A stretch of DNA of 64,000 nt from Schmidtea polychroa (Eukaryota): NCBI GenBank assembly GCA_044892525.1, contig CM097886.1:26846001-26910000 (forward strand). Reading direction: 5' to 3'. The notes beneath the pieces are model-generated. The model saw nothing but the letters and a program-made list of their open reading frames with translations. It did not search any database and was not told the DNA's origin. The translations under genes and the position numbers were made by a program. This document shows positions 62,212 through 64,000 of the stretch, one piece after another (position 1 is the first letter of the stretch; every line of letters starts with the position of its first letter).

Positions 62212-62703
62212 TTACAAATAGACTTTGAAACTGTGCTCGATTTTTTTCCTGCAAGTAGGGCATAATATATTCCCATGCTCATTCATCAGATTATCTGCGC
62301 AAGCTTTGCAACAGCAAACATGACCACATGGAATAAATACATTATCTGGAACTGTATCTAAGCAAATAACACATTCAGGACCAGAGTTCATTTCCCTAGG
62401 TTTAGGTGAATTAACTTTTGGTAATTCTTGTCGAATAGATTCTTCTCTGATTGGAATATACTGGGTATCCTTAAGGGTTGGTCGTTTGATGTCACCGGTC
62501 GGCAATGTCGAACCTGCTCCTCTTATATCCAAGTCCAAAATATTCGGAATAGATGGCAGAATTGGTAACGGATATCGAGTTATTTTATATAGCCCAACAC
62601 TGGTTAAGTTTGTAAGACTGCAATTCATATCAGTCGCTATCCAATAAAATGAACCAGCGGATACTTTCCCTAATTCTTCAAATCTTTCTCCATTAACTGC
62701 CAC
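62212..62703 (-). CDS. Terminal exon of a RING-HC (C3HC4, IAP/Neuralized-type) E3 ubiquitin ligase; upstream exons not identified
   Basis: Acceptor TTTGCAG|GTG at 62704/62703 (phase 0). CVICLD...PCGHVCCCKAC...CPTCRKKI at the extreme C-terminus. Confidence 0.85.
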   Translation of the reverse strand: MAVNGERFEELGKVSAGSFYWIATDMNCSLTNLTSVGLYKITRYPLPILPSIPNILDLDIRGAGSTLPTGDIKRPTLKDTQYIPIREESIRQELPKVNSPKPREMNSGPECVICLDTVPDNVFIPCGHVCCCKACADNLMNEHGNILCPTCRKKIEHSFKVYL

Positions 62704-64000
62704 CTGCAAATTTAAAAATTTATAATTTGTTTCAGTATTTGATTTCATTAAACAAGTGTTGTCTAAACTTTTTTGAGCCACAGCACACTTGGCTGAATTT
62801 AAAATTTTCGCGGCACACCTAAATTTTTTTTTGCTTTATTTGCAATTTTTTATTGCACTTTTACTAATCTTTTAATAAGAAATGAAAAACTTATTTACTT
62901 GAAATAAATTTAATGTAAAAAATTTTAAATTTAGAAAAATTAGTGAATGAAAAATTCATAAAAAAAAATTCATAGTTAATGAGATTTATGTGCTTGATGT
63001 TCCGAACAAATAAGTTCCAATAGTGGTGGAATTTTTGACAAACTCTTAAAATTTAGATAGTCAATATTTCTAGTAAGAAATATAAATATTATTGTAAACA
63101 AATTTCGCACTTAATTGACTGATTAACATTTAAATTTGAAATAACTGTTAAAATATCCACAATTCAATTTCCTTTTATTAAGTTGTTTGGAAAAACAGGG
63201 TTTTTTTGACTTTTTAAAAAAATTTCACGGCATACAGTTTGGACAACACCGCATTAAAATATAGTTCGAAATATTTCGAACCAAACTATGAAACCCAAAA
63301 ATTTGATATTGTGAAAAATCAATTTTAATTAAATTTTGTTGAAAAAGTAAGATTATTAAGTTAAATTAAATTTCAACGGTTTACCTTTTAAAATAGTCGA
63401 ATCTCTGTGTTTAGACATGTTTGGTTATTTTAAATTAATGCTAGGCTTTATTTTTAGATATATTCCTAGGAGCAATGATCAGGCAATTATATACATTAAA
63501 AAAATATTTTAAAGCTGCGCATAAATTATCTGAAAGCCTGATTGTAGACTACTTAAACGATTGACTCATTTGTGAATGAAAAAAATGTCATATTTTATAT
63601 GGGCCGAGGAAAACGATATAACAGCTGCTAGATTTAAAAGTCTGTAACGTAATATTGAAGATGGATTGAATAACTAACTGTTGTACAATGTACATGGGTT
63701 TTTAATAATCTAATACCATACGATAATGAAAGCTTTCATTTGGTATTTATATTTTAATCTGCTTTGTTAAATTGCCAATTGGAGTGTATAAAAATTATTG
63801 AAATGAAGTTAAATAATTAATTTTGATTGACTATGAATCAGTAAAGATATCAATGTTTTTTTCATAGATGAATTTTCAGGCAGCCTTTCAAAATCATCGA
63901 AAAATCGAGATTATCAAAGAAATATCGATATCTTTACTGTATCGTAGTTAATTTTTTAATAAATATAATTTCAATTGAGTATAAAAAGTAAGTTAAATTG

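Overview
This window is AT-rich, intron-containing eukaryotic DNA, not prokaryotic. The 53-54 nt short introns and the mix of CsRn1-type, Penelope and Merlin elements suggest an invertebrate, possibly a flatworm, but the sequence alone cannot prove this. There are two scaffold gaps (1849-2083, 46960-47166). Host genes: (i) a frameshifted class I SAM methyltransferase (-, 2273-2739); (ii) a 4-exon, 270-aa gene I recognise as HAUS4/augmin-4-like (+, 5619-10947), which the ORF track shows only in pieces; (iii) a tandem array of three intact two-exon monoglyceride-lipase (MGLL-family) genes (+, 16876-25835, 29924-38747, 42870-52627), each split by one ~8 kb phase-1 intron at the same codon, with a GC donor in copy 2; (iv) the terminal exon of a RING-HC E3 ligase (-, 62212-62703). 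Introns and spacers are packed with mobile DNA. The main elements are a compact 4106-bp Ty3/gypsy element (identical 121-bp LTRs, 5-bp TSD, Gag ATG inside the LTR, GGGAAAC frameshift signal, two nonsense codons) and a 3339-bp hAT element one base from intact, inserted in a 127-bp palindrome. There is also a 371-bp foldback element with Polinton/Maverick-type AGTAGT ends and a 6-bp TSD, plus Merlin, MULE, piggyBac, Tc2, Charlie, Tigger and Penelope derivatives. The best candidates for something undescribed are the phase-compatible lipase array with its antisense LTRs, the mini-Polinton, the gypsy expression architecture and two unusual inverted duplications. All family assignments come from motif recognition; no database search was run.
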